64,000 nucleotides of DNA from positions 92,876 through 156,875 of the forward strand of contig JBBDYJ010000010.1 in the NCBI GenBank assembly GCA_040901675.1, written 5' to 3'. The position numbers were made by a program, and so were the translations under genes. This document shows positions 56,407 to 64,000 of the stretch, one piece after another. Numbering within the stretch: the stretch's first letter is position 1; the number at the start of each line of letters is the position of its first letter. The DNA is from Pirellulales bacterium. GTDB taxonomy: Bacteria; Planctomycetota; Planctomycetia; Pirellulales; JAICIG01. The notes under the pieces are model-generated. The model was not told the DNA's origin. It made no database searches and saw only the letters and a list, made by a program, of their open reading frames with translations.

Positions 56407-57539
56407 GTCAACAACGCGGCCTCGGCCACCAGGCCTGGACCAAACCCCAGGGCGACGCAGGGCCGGGCGGCCTGCCGCCTCCGCAAGCGATCGAGAATGA
56501 ACAACACCGTGGGCGACGACATGTTGCCGAACTCCGACAGCACTTCACGCGACGTGGTGAGGTGACCGGCGTCGAGTCCCAGCGCCTGCTGGACCGCCAG
56601 CAGGATGCGCGGTCCGCCGGGGTGCACGGCCCAGGAGCCGATGTCGTCCAGAGCCAGATGCTGGCCGGCGAGCCAGTCGGCCAGCCAGCCAGCGAGATGC
56701 TGCTTGATCAGGTCCGGCACGCGGGGCGAAAGTGCCATCTCGAAGCCGTGGTCGCCGATCGTCCAAGTCATGGCGTCGGCCGAGTCGGGCAGCAAGCACG
56801 AGCCGGTGGCCGTAACGGTCCAAAAGGGCTCGCTCGTGGGGCTGCCGTTGGCATGCGACACCTCTCCGACACGGTCGCCTTGGCAAGGCCCGCCGACGAT
56901 GGCCGCTGCGCCGTCGGCGAAGATGGCGTTGCCGATGAACCGTATCGGGTCCCAGCGGAAGCGATAGTGCAGGCTGCACAGCTCCACGGCGCACAGCAGG
57001 ATGCGGGCGCTTGGTTCGCTGGCGGCAAAGGCCTGGGCCACGCGCAGGCCGTTGATGGCACCGTGACAGCCCATAAAGCCGACGTGCGTCCGTAGGATCG
57101 TGGGCGACAGTCCCAGTTCGTTGATCAAGGCCAGATCGACGCCCGGAGCGGCGAAGCCGGTACACGAGACGGTAACCAGGTGCGAGACGGCGGCGGCTTC
57201 AACGGCCGACTCGGCCAGTGCCGTGCGCGAGGCCTTGAGCGCCAGCGGCGAGGCATGCTCGGCATAGAACTGCATCCGCTCCTGGGTGGTCGGCCCAAGC
57301 TGCACGAGTGTCTGCACGTCGCCGCCGGGTTCCTCCTCGGGCTCGACCCACTCCAGGGCTATGCGGTGCGGCAGAACCGTGTAGCGCATGCCGACGCCCG
57401 ACCGGCGATAGAGCACCTTGAGCAAGGTGGCTTGTTCCTCCGTCGTCGAGCAGACCTGGCGGGCCAGATCGGCCGCTTCGGTCTGAGTCATGGAGTGCGG
57501 GGGCAGGGCCGTGCCCAATCCCAAGATGCGAAAGCTCAT
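56403..57539 (-). CDS. Type III polyketide synthase
   Basis: Catalytic Cys-His-Asn: FMGC, HPGG, GNMSS; also FADGAAA and FGPGL. Confidence 0.95.
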   Translation of the reverse strand: MSFRILGLGTALPPHSMTQTEAADLARQVCSTTEEQATLLKVLYRRSGVGMRYTVLPHRIALEWVEPEEEPGGDVQTLVQLGPTTQERMQFYAEHASPLALKASRTALAESAVEAAAVSHLVTVSCTGFAAPGVDLALINELGLSPTILRTHVGFMGCHGAINGLRVAQAFAASEPSARILLCAVELCSLHYRFRWDPIRFIGNAIFADGAAAIVGGPCQGDRVGEVSHANGSPTSEPFWTVTATGSCLLPDSADAMTWTIGDHGFEMALSPRVPDLIKQHLAGWLADWLAGQHLALDDIGSWAVHPGGPRILLAVQQALGLDAGHLTTSREVLSEFGNMSSPTVLFILDRLRRRQAARPCVALGFGPGLVAEAALLT

Positions 57540-57559
57540 TCGATGCTCGCTTTGTTGAT

Positions 57560-58783
57560 TCAGGTGGTAGCCGGAACGATTCGGGTCGCCTTGCCGCTTT
57601 GGCAGGCGCCCCAGGTCAGCAGTTGCGGAAAACGGCGCACCAGCGGCAACGCGCAGCGGACGGCGGCTGGGTGCATGGCCCAATGCGCCACGGCCGCCGC
57701 CGCGCGAATCCGCGGCGCGAAGGCGCGGCGCCAAGCGGCCTGGTAGTCGCGGCCGACTGCGTCGTGGTCGCAGAACGACCGGGCCGGACGCCCGGCGGCA
57801 ATCAGCCTCTCGGCGAGCAGCCAGGCCGACTGCAGCGCCATGCTGATTCCCTCGGCCACCACCGGATGCGCTTCGCCGGCCGCGTTGCCCACGCGGAAAA
57901 TGCCGTGCTCGTAGCAGGCGCGGATGCCGGGACGAATCGGGCCGGCCGAGAGCCAGGGTCCATCGACCACCGCAGGCTCTAGCACAGCGCGCAGGGCCGA
58001 GCAACTGTCGAGCAGGTACACGAGCAATGCTTCGCCGGCGGATTGGCCGGCGCCGCGCGGCAGCCGGGCCAGGCGATCGCGGCGGACGCAGCAGGAGAGG
58101 CTCACCCGGCCCCCTTCGCATTCGACCATGCCGCCGTAGCCGCCCGGAAAACTGATCAGCGGCATCAGCCCGGACGGGAGATGCGCTTCAAGAAAATGCG
58201 CCTTGAAGCCGAACAGGTCGCCGGCGCGCGGACCAGATCGCGGCCTCGGAATGCCCAGCGGACTGGGGGTCCAGGAACCATTCGCCCCAATCACGACGGC
58301 GGCCCGCGCCTGGTATGCCGCCTGCTTTCCGCGCCGGTGCGCCTGGCTCGGCGCCAGTCGGCATGTGAAACCATGCGGGCCCTGGGCAACTTCCTCGACT
58401 TGCTCGAGTTGCCGCACCTCGACGCCCACCCGGACCGCCTCGGCCAGCAGCCAGGCATCGAGGCACTGGCGGGAGAGCGCACGGCCCCACGGCTGCTCAC
58501 ATTCGCGCAGCCCGGGAAGCTCGGCGGCGACACGGTCTTTGCCGCAGAACAAGGCGACTCGCCGCACCTCTGGGCCGGCCATGCGGGCGAAGGCCCGGCC
58601 AAGTCCCAATCGTTGGAAAAATGGCCAGTTGGTGCTCGACAAGTATTCTCCACATACTTTGCGCCGAGGAAACGCTTCGCGCTCGACCAGCAACACCGAC
58701 CAGCCGGCGCGTGCCAACAGCCCCGCGGCGGTCGAGCCGGCAGGGCCGCCGCCGATCACCAGGGCATCGTAACGGTCGTTCAT
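57560..58783 (-). CDS. FAD-dependent oxidoreductase (geranylgeranyl reductase/halogenase-like family)
   Basis: GGGPAG, FPR.KVCGE, GNAAG..HP...EGISMA. Confidence 0.9.
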   Translation of the reverse strand: MNDRYDALVIGGGPAGSTAAGLLARAGWSVLLVEREAFPRRKVCGEYLSSTNWPFFQRLGLGRAFARMAGPEVRRVALFCGKDRVAAELPGLRECEQPWGRALSRQCLDAWLLAEAVRVGVEVRQLEQVEEVAQGPHGFTCRLAPSQAHRRGKQAAYQARAAVVIGANGSWTPSPLGIPRPRSGPRAGDLFGFKAHFLEAHLPSGLMPLISFPGGYGGMVECEGGRVSLSCCVRRDRLARLPRGAGQSAGEALLVYLLDSCSALRAVLEPAVVDGPWLSAGPIRPGIRACYEHGIFRVGNAAGEAHPVVAEGISMALQSAWLLAERLIAAGRPARSFCDHDAVGRDYQAAWRRAFAPRIRAAAAVAHWAMHPAAVRCALPLVRRFPQLLTWGACQSGKATRIVPATT

Positions 58784-59517
58784 GGCGATGCCTCGGGCCG
58801 GCCGGCCCGCTGCCAGGTGAGCAGATAGCGGCAGGGCCAACGCCGCCGCAGCGTGACGTGCTCCAAGCCGGCGCGGCGGCACAGCCCGCGGACCTCATCC
58901 AGACTGAACGCGCCCTCGACCGAACGGGGACCATCGACGTGGACCACGTCGCACGTGGTCAGAGTCCTGGTGGCCAGGTATGCGAGCACGGCTCCCGCCC
59001 GGCTGCGCAGCAGGTCGTTCACCAGCACCATCCGTCGGGCGCTGGCCGCCATCCGCGCCAGCAGCCGCACGGCGGCGGCCTCGTCGAGGTGGTGCAGAAA
59101 CAATGAGCTGGCGACCACGTCGAAGCCACCCGGCAGATCGCCGTCCAGCGCATTGCACTGGAAGAATCGCACGGGAGCCCCGGCACGGCGGGCACGCCGG
59201 CAGGCGTAGTCGATGGCGCGGCTGCTGATGTCGCAGGCCTCGATGGCCAGCTCGATGCCCGCGCGCCGCGCCTTGCGCCACAAAGCCACGGGCAGATCGC
59301 CGGCACCCGTACCGACGTCGAGCAGTGTCAAGCGACGGACGCCCGTTTCGAGCGCCAGCGCGCGGATCGGGGGCCAAAGAATACCCGCGCTGCGGCTGAA
59401 GAAGTTGATCCGCTCCAGGCCCCGCAATGCCTGCACGTGCCGCCAACTGTCCAGGTCCGGCTGGTCGATCAGTTCGGGTTGCAGCCGCCGCTGGGCGACG
59501 TTGGGCACAAGCGGCAT
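58780..59517 (-). CDS. SAM-dependent methyltransferase
   Basis: LDVGTGAGD, SLFLHHL, NDL.RS, DG..SV..AF. Confidence 0.9.
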   Translation of the reverse strand: MPLVPNVAQRRLQPELIDQPDLDSWRHVQALRGLERINFFSRSAGILWPPIRALALETGVRRLTLLDVGTGAGDLPVALWRKARRAGIELAIEACDISSRAIDYACRRARRAGAPVRFFQCNALDGDLPGGFDVVASSLFLHHLDEAAAVRLLARMAASARRMVLVNDLLRSRAGAVLAYLATRTLTTCDVVHVDGPRSVEGAFSLDEVRGLCRRAGLEHVTLRRRWPCRYLLTWQRAGRPEASP

Positions 59518-59617
59518 GGCGAGAACACCGAATCGGGAGACGGTGGGGTAGGGTCGTCCGTGAGCGGCAACACCCTTGTTCTAACACCCGGCCCCCTATC
59601 GTGCCACTGCTTGCCAA

Positions 59618-59643
59618 AAGTAGCCCTCACGCTCCGCGTGAAG
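59618..59643 (+). repeat. GTAG-type REP-like palindrome
   Basis: AAGTAGCCCTCACGCTCCGCGTGA; inverse copy at about 17440-17467. Confidence 0.7.
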
Positions 59644-59690
59644 TGGCTCCTCGCGCATCAGCGCCAGCGACTGGGTCCGCCGCAGGCGGA

Positions 59691-60548
59691 TCAACAAGGG
59701 GCACGGGCGGTCAGCCAACGCACGACGTCGGCTAACACCCGCTCCCCGCACGGTTCGTTGAAGATCTCGTGATACAACCCCTCGTAGATCCGCAGCGTCT
59801 TGTCGGCCGACGTGGCCCGCGCGAACAGCTCGCGGCTGCCCGCCGTCTCGGCCAGGCGGTCCTGCCCGCCGTGCATGATCAGCAGGGGCAGTGCCAGCGC
59901 TTCCATCGTTCCTGCAAGCTGCCGGGCGGCCCGCAAAAGCACCGCCCCCGTGCGGGCCGGCATGCGGCCGTGGTACACCAACGGATCGGCGCGATAGGCC
60001 GCCACAACCTGGCTGTCCCGCGACAGCGCCGTGTCGTCGAGTTCGATCGTGGGCAAAGTCGGCAATAGAGTGCCCAGCAGCGACGAGAAGCGGATCAGTA
60101 AGGGATGCACGTCGGCGCCGATGCGCAAGGCCGGCCCGCTCACAACCAGCCCCGCCAACTCGCGTAAACGATGCGCGGCGAACTGCGCGGCAATCAGCCC
60201 GCCCAGGCTGTGTCCGAGCATGAAAGCGGGCAGCGCGGGCTCACGCTGACCGACCCGATCGACCAGGCGCCCCAGGTCGTCCAGGATGTCGTCCATCCGC
60301 CAGACGACCGCCCGCCGCCCCGGCGACAGGCCGTGGCCGCGGAGGTCCATGGCGTCGACGTCGAACCCGGCATCAGCCAGCCGGGCGGCCAGGTGGCCAT
60401 AGCGGCCGCTATGCTCGGCGTAGCCATGCACCAGCACGAGCCGGGCTTTGACGTGTTCGGCCCTCCAACTTTGCGTGAACAGCGACCGGCCGTCGCGGGT
60501 TTCGAGCTGGCCGGTTTCGTGGCGCATGCTGCTTGCCGGGGATGGCAT
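59691..60548 (-). CDS. Alpha/beta hydrolase (monoacylglycerol lipase/lysophospholipase-like)
   Basis: HGYAEHSGRY, DLRGHG.S, GHSLGG, HEIFNE; start uncertain. Confidence 0.9.
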   Translation of the reverse strand: MPSPASSMRHETGQLETRDGRSLFTQSWRAEHVKARLVLVHGYAEHSGRYGHLAARLADAGFDVDAMDLRGHGLSPGRRAVVWRMDDILDDLGRLVDRVGQREPALPAFMLGHSLGGLIAAQFAAHRLRELAGLVVSGPALRIGADVHPLLIRFSSLLGTLLPTLPTIELDDTALSRDSQVVAAYRADPLVYHGRMPARTGAVLLRAARQLAGTMEALALPLLIMHGGQDRLAETAGSRELFARATSADKTLRIYEGLYHEIFNEPCGERVLADVVRWLTARAPC

Positions 60549-60623
60549 CGGGTGGTGCTCGCGCGGCATGGCGAGCGGCCACACTATAACAGGCGGCCCC
60601 GGTCCCAGCAGCCCTGACCGTGG

Positions 60624-61976
60624 TCAGCCTCGAATCACCCATCGGACCAGATCGCGTGGGCTGGCGCCTTTTCCCTGCAGCAAGATGCCGACGCGGAAGA
60701 TCCGGCCCGCCGCATAGACCAGGACCAGCGTGAGCGCCAGCACGCCCAGCACGCCTAGCGCCGGCTGCCACCAGTCGATGCCGGGCGGCACTGCCAGCCG
60801 CACCAGCATCAGCATCGGCGTGGCGGTGGGCACAAAGGAGGCCATGGTGGAAAAGGAGCTGTTGGGCTCCTTGGCCACGTTCAACCACACGAACATCGGC
60901 AGCATGGCAACAACCATGACGGGCCAGAGCATGTTCTGTGTCTCGCGCAAATCGGTGCAGGCGGCCCCAACCGCGATGAACAGCGCACCATACATCAGCA
61001 CGGCAAACACCAGATACACCAGAAACCAGAAAAGCACGTAAGGAGAAAGGAACTGGTCAAATCCGTAATGCAGCGCGGCCCAGTAGGCCCCTCCCAGGTA
61101 AACGGCGGCCAGTGTAATCGAGATGCCCACCAGCCCCAGCAGCTTGCCCATCATCAGCTCGAAGGGCCGGACCGAGCCCAGCAACACCTCGGCGATGCGT
61201 TGCATCTTTTCTTCCACCACGCCTTGCATGAATGGCGTGGCGCCGATCAAGGTCAGCATGAACATGAGCATCCCCAGGCCTCCCGGCACCAGGATGGAGG
61301 CCACCTCGTTCTCATCCCGCGCCTCCTCAATTTTGCCCGTCTCGGGGTTCAGCTTCGAGAGTCCCTTGGTGATCAGGGGGACGTCTCGCTGGACTGCCTC
61401 GATGGTTTCGGGAGGTAAGCCGGCGTCCTTGTAGCGGCTGGACTTGACGGCGCGGTTGACGACCGGCGTCACCCAACGATAAAAAGCGTCGTACGTGGGA
61501 CTGTTCGATTGGTAGCGGACGACCAGGTTCTCTACTGGAGCGCCCGGCGCGGCCGAGGACGGTCCGAAAGCATACACCCCGCCGCCGATTTCCAGAAAAC
61601 CAACCAACTCTTCGTTGCGGACGCGTTCGGACAACTCATACCGTTGGCCGTCACGGGCGGCGCGGGTATCGCTGCTGGGCCCGATGCCTTCGATCAAAAA
61701 GGGCGGCAGCGTCTGACGCTTGGTCTGGGGATCAAAGATCCCTTGCGAATTACGCTCGCCAGCGGCGGCCTCGATGGCGGCCAGCAGCCGCTGGCCCGGC
61801 GTGCGATCGACGACGCCGAAACGCTTGGGCTCCAGGTCGACCTGGTCCTTGAGCAGATACTGAACAAGGACACTGCCGCCGATCAGCAAGGGGAGGATCA
61901 GCAGGCTGATGACAAACGACTTGGTGCGGACCGCCGCGTTGTACTCGCGGCCGGCGATGACCAGCATCTTACGCAT
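60624..61976 (-). CDS. ABC-2 type transporter permease (NatB-like)
   Basis: VVEEK.QRI.EVLLGSV.PFELM.GK; six TMs with a large extracytoplasmic loop. Confidence 0.9.
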   Translation of the reverse strand: MRKMLVIAGREYNAAVRTKSFVISLLILPLLIGGSVLVQYLLKDQVDLEPKRFGVVDRTPGQRLLAAIEAAAGERNSQGIFDPQTKRQTLPPFLIEGIGPSSDTRAARDGQRYELSERVRNEELVGFLEIGGGVYAFGPSSAAPGAPVENLVVRYQSNSPTYDAFYRWVTPVVNRAVKSSRYKDAGLPPETIEAVQRDVPLITKGLSKLNPETGKIEEARDENEVASILVPGGLGMLMFMLTLIGATPFMQGVVEEKMQRIAEVLLGSVRPFELMMGKLLGLVGISITLAAVYLGGAYWAALHYGFDQFLSPYVLFWFLVYLVFAVLMYGALFIAVGAACTDLRETQNMLWPVMVVAMLPMFVWLNVAKEPNSSFSTMASFVPTATPMLMLVRLAVPPGIDWWQPALGVLGVLALTLVLVYAAGRIFRVGILLQGKGASPRDLVRWVIRG

Positions 61977-62889
61977 GGGCCGCCTCCTGGTCACAGGGGC
62001 CAGCAATCCGCACGAAAATGTCGTGGAGCGAAGGGCGCGTCAGCTCGAAGTGCTGGACGGGCCCGCGGGCCATCAGCGACCGCAGCACCTGCTGGGCGTC
62101 GGCCCCGTCGGCCAGACGCAGCTCCTGGTAGCGGCCGAAATCGGTCACTCTCAATACGCCGGGCAAATCGCCCGGCGCGCCGGCGCCATTCAGCCGGACC
62201 CGCAGCGTATCGGTGCCGTAGTCGGCCTGGATGGCCTCCAGCGTGCCGTCGAGCACCTTGCGCCCCCGGTTGATCATGAAGATCGAGTCGCACATCCGCT
62301 CGGCGACCGCCATGTCGTGCGTGGAGAAGATGATGGTGGTACCCTGCCTGCGCAGGTCGAGCACGGCCACGCGCAGCGCGACGGCATTCACGGGGTCGAG
62401 GCCGCTGAACGGCTCATCGAGCAGGACCAGCTCCGGGTTGGCCACGACGGCGGCGATGAATTGCACCTTCTGCGCCATGCCCTTCGACAAGGCCTGCACC
62501 TTCTTGTCGCGCCAGTCCGAAAGGCCCATCCGCTCGAGCCATAGGTCGATGGTGGGCCGGCTATGGCGCATGCCTTTCAGCTCGGCATAGAACCGCAAGA
62601 TGTCGCGGACTTTCATCTCCTTGTACAGTCCGCGTTCTTCCGGCAGGTAGCCGACGCGGTCGCTGGCGGCCTTCTGCCCGGTCTGGCCGAGAACTTCAAT
62701 CTCGCCCCGATCGGGATGCAGAATGCGCATCACCATCCGCAGTGTGGTCGTCTTGCCGGATCCATTGGGTCCGATGAAGCCGTATACGCTGCCTCGCGGG
62801 ATGGCGAGGTTCAAGTCGTCCACCGCGGTGTGACCGGAGAACGTCTTGGTCACACCGCGGATGCAGACGGCGTAGTCGTCGGCGGTCAT
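61969..62889 (-). CDS. ABC transporter ATP-binding protein (NatA-like)
   Basis: GPNGSGKTT, LSKGMAQK, LDEPFSGLDP, PSLHDIF. Confidence 0.93.
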   Translation of the reverse strand: MTADDYAVCIRGVTKTFSGHTAVDDLNLAIPRGSVYGFIGPNGSGKTTTLRMVMRILHPDRGEIEVLGQTGQKAASDRVGYLPEERGLYKEMKVRDILRFYAELKGMRHSRPTIDLWLERMGLSDWRDKKVQALSKGMAQKVQFIAAVVANPELVLLDEPFSGLDPVNAVALRVAVLDLRRQGTTIIFSTHDMAVAERMCDSIFMINRGRKVLDGTLEAIQADYGTDTLRVRLNGAGAPGDLPGVLRVTDFGRYQELRLADGADAQQVLRSLMARGPVQHFELTRPSLHDIFVRIAGPCDQEAAHA

Positions 62890-63800
62890 TCTACCTCTTC
62901 GCTCATTTGTGCCAGCTTCAGGTCGAGACTGCCGGCCAGCTCCATACCCATCAATGAAAGCGTGAGGTCGCCAGTCACGTGCACGCTCGACTTGGCCTTC
63001 ACGACGCGGCCCAGCTCGCGGTCGAACAGCAGCGTCCGCTCCGAGGATTGCACCTTCAGGTCGCTCTTCTTGACGTCAAGGGGCAGCCCCGCACCCGGCT
63101 TGACGGAGTAGACCACGCTGGCGTCGGTGGAGGTGATCTTGTCGAGCTTCGGGCTGTTCTTCACGGTGGGCAGCTTGTCCACGGTGCCCTCGTACGTGTA
63201 GCGCCTCTGGAAAGTAAAAACCTGGCCCTGGCCGAGCGCCTGCTCTTCGGTCCGCTCCCAACTATCCCCTGGCTTGACCGGATCGGCGGGAAACTGATCG
63301 ATGTCTTGTTGGAAGGCGATCTTGAGGTCGTCCGGGTTGAGTCCCGTCCCTTCCTTGACACCTTCGACGCTTTGCACCTTGCCGCCGTCGTCGATGGTCC
63401 GTGTCAGTCTCAGGCCCACCGAGGCCTTCAGTGCTTGCACGACCACTTGCGCGATATCCCCCTCGACCTGGGCGTTGGGATCGGCCGAATCGAAGTGTAT
63501 CTTCGTGCCGCCGATGTCGAGATCGGCCACGATTGAATCGACCGTGGTTGTAATGCTCAGTAACCCCTTCTCATCGCGCTGGCCATGCTCGGTATGCGCC
63601 GACGTCGAGTTGGATGCCTTGGTGACCGAATTCATTCCGGCGATATTGAGAGTCTGGTCGAGCGCCTGGGTTTCCCGGACCTTGTACTTGGCCCCTTCCT
63701 GGAACTTGGGCTTCAAGACTTCCTGGGCGTTGGCGGCCGAAGCCATCAAAGCTGCCGCGAAGGCGACGGTGGCGGTGGCGGTCAGTCGGTGGGCGGACAT
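62886..63800 (-). CDS. Exported beta-rich hypothetical protein
   Basis: Ala-rich signal peptide, P..PVKPGDSW, FD.ELGRV; 4-nt overlap with the ABC ATPase. Confidence 0.75.
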   Translation of the reverse strand: MSAHRLTATATVAFAAALMASAANAQEVLKPKFQEGAKYKVRETQALDQTLNIAGMNSVTKASNSTSAHTEHGQRDEKGLLSITTTVDSIVADLDIGGTKIHFDSADPNAQVEGDIAQVVVQALKASVGLRLTRTIDDGGKVQSVEGVKEGTGLNPDDLKIAFQQDIDQFPADPVKPGDSWERTEEQALGQGQVFTFQRRYTYEGTVDKLPTVKNSPKLDKITSTDASVVYSVKPGAGLPLDVKKSDLKVQSSERTLLFDRELGRVVKAKSSVHVTGDLTLSLMGMELAGSLDLKLAQMSEEVE

Positions 63801-64000
63801 AGCTGGGTCTCCGTGAAGAAGTGAGACGATTGGTAGCACGTTGTGCCAGGATTACCAGGCAGCGGTCGGCCCGGTTTCAAGTCCGCGGTCTTTCTCCGGC
63901 CGAGTTTTCCTGGGCAGCGGGCGGCCACGCCATGAGTCCGCCCCGCCGGCCGCATGGTACTTCGCCCAAAAGGCGAAAAGATTGCGCCCGGCTCGAGAGC

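Noticed and set aside
63835..63850. Possible sigma54 site (TGGCACAACGTGCT, minus strand)
   Set aside because: GG-to-GC spacing is 2 nt too short for a -24/-12 promoter.

Overview
High-GC bacterial chromosome segment, very probably from a planctomycete. The evidence is an LEQRTLL planctomycete-type N-terminal motif on a secreted S8 protease, DUF1573 and PQQ-propeller proteins, NPYxAP and QFGLxxLL small membrane proteins, and ffh-rpsP-trmD-rplS without rimM. Most of the window is housekeeping, envelope or signalling genes: ffh, rpsP, trmD, rplS, apt, bioF, smpB, lipA, lepA, glgC, asnB, ABC transporters, an ECF sigma/anti-sigma/PDZ operon, and a type III PKS-methyltransferase-flavoprotein cluster. 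There are three small eroded accessory islands: Panacea antitoxin plus frameshifted RelE-like toxin; LRR remnant plus decapitated PIN toxin; DUF1883 plus a truncated partner. Several REP-like hairpin families and heptamer microsatellites are scattered through it. The strongest unexplained signals are: (1) an ORF-less ~335-nt transcription unit (sigma70 promoter to intrinsic terminator) next to glgC, with four ANGGAYG motifs, a candidate CsrA-sponging sRNA; (2) a second ORF-less unit behind a consensus sigma54 promoter about 0.9 kb upstream of it; (3) a lipB-lipA-lipoyl-domain operon in which LipB lacks both catalytic residues and the lipoyl carrier has no lysine at all, while LipA is intact; (4) smpB with no canonical start codon (ACG at the expected position); (5) a long G-U-supported RNA rod in the S8 protease leader. 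No rRNA, tRNA, CRISPR array or transposase was found. All calls are by eye; no database searches were run.
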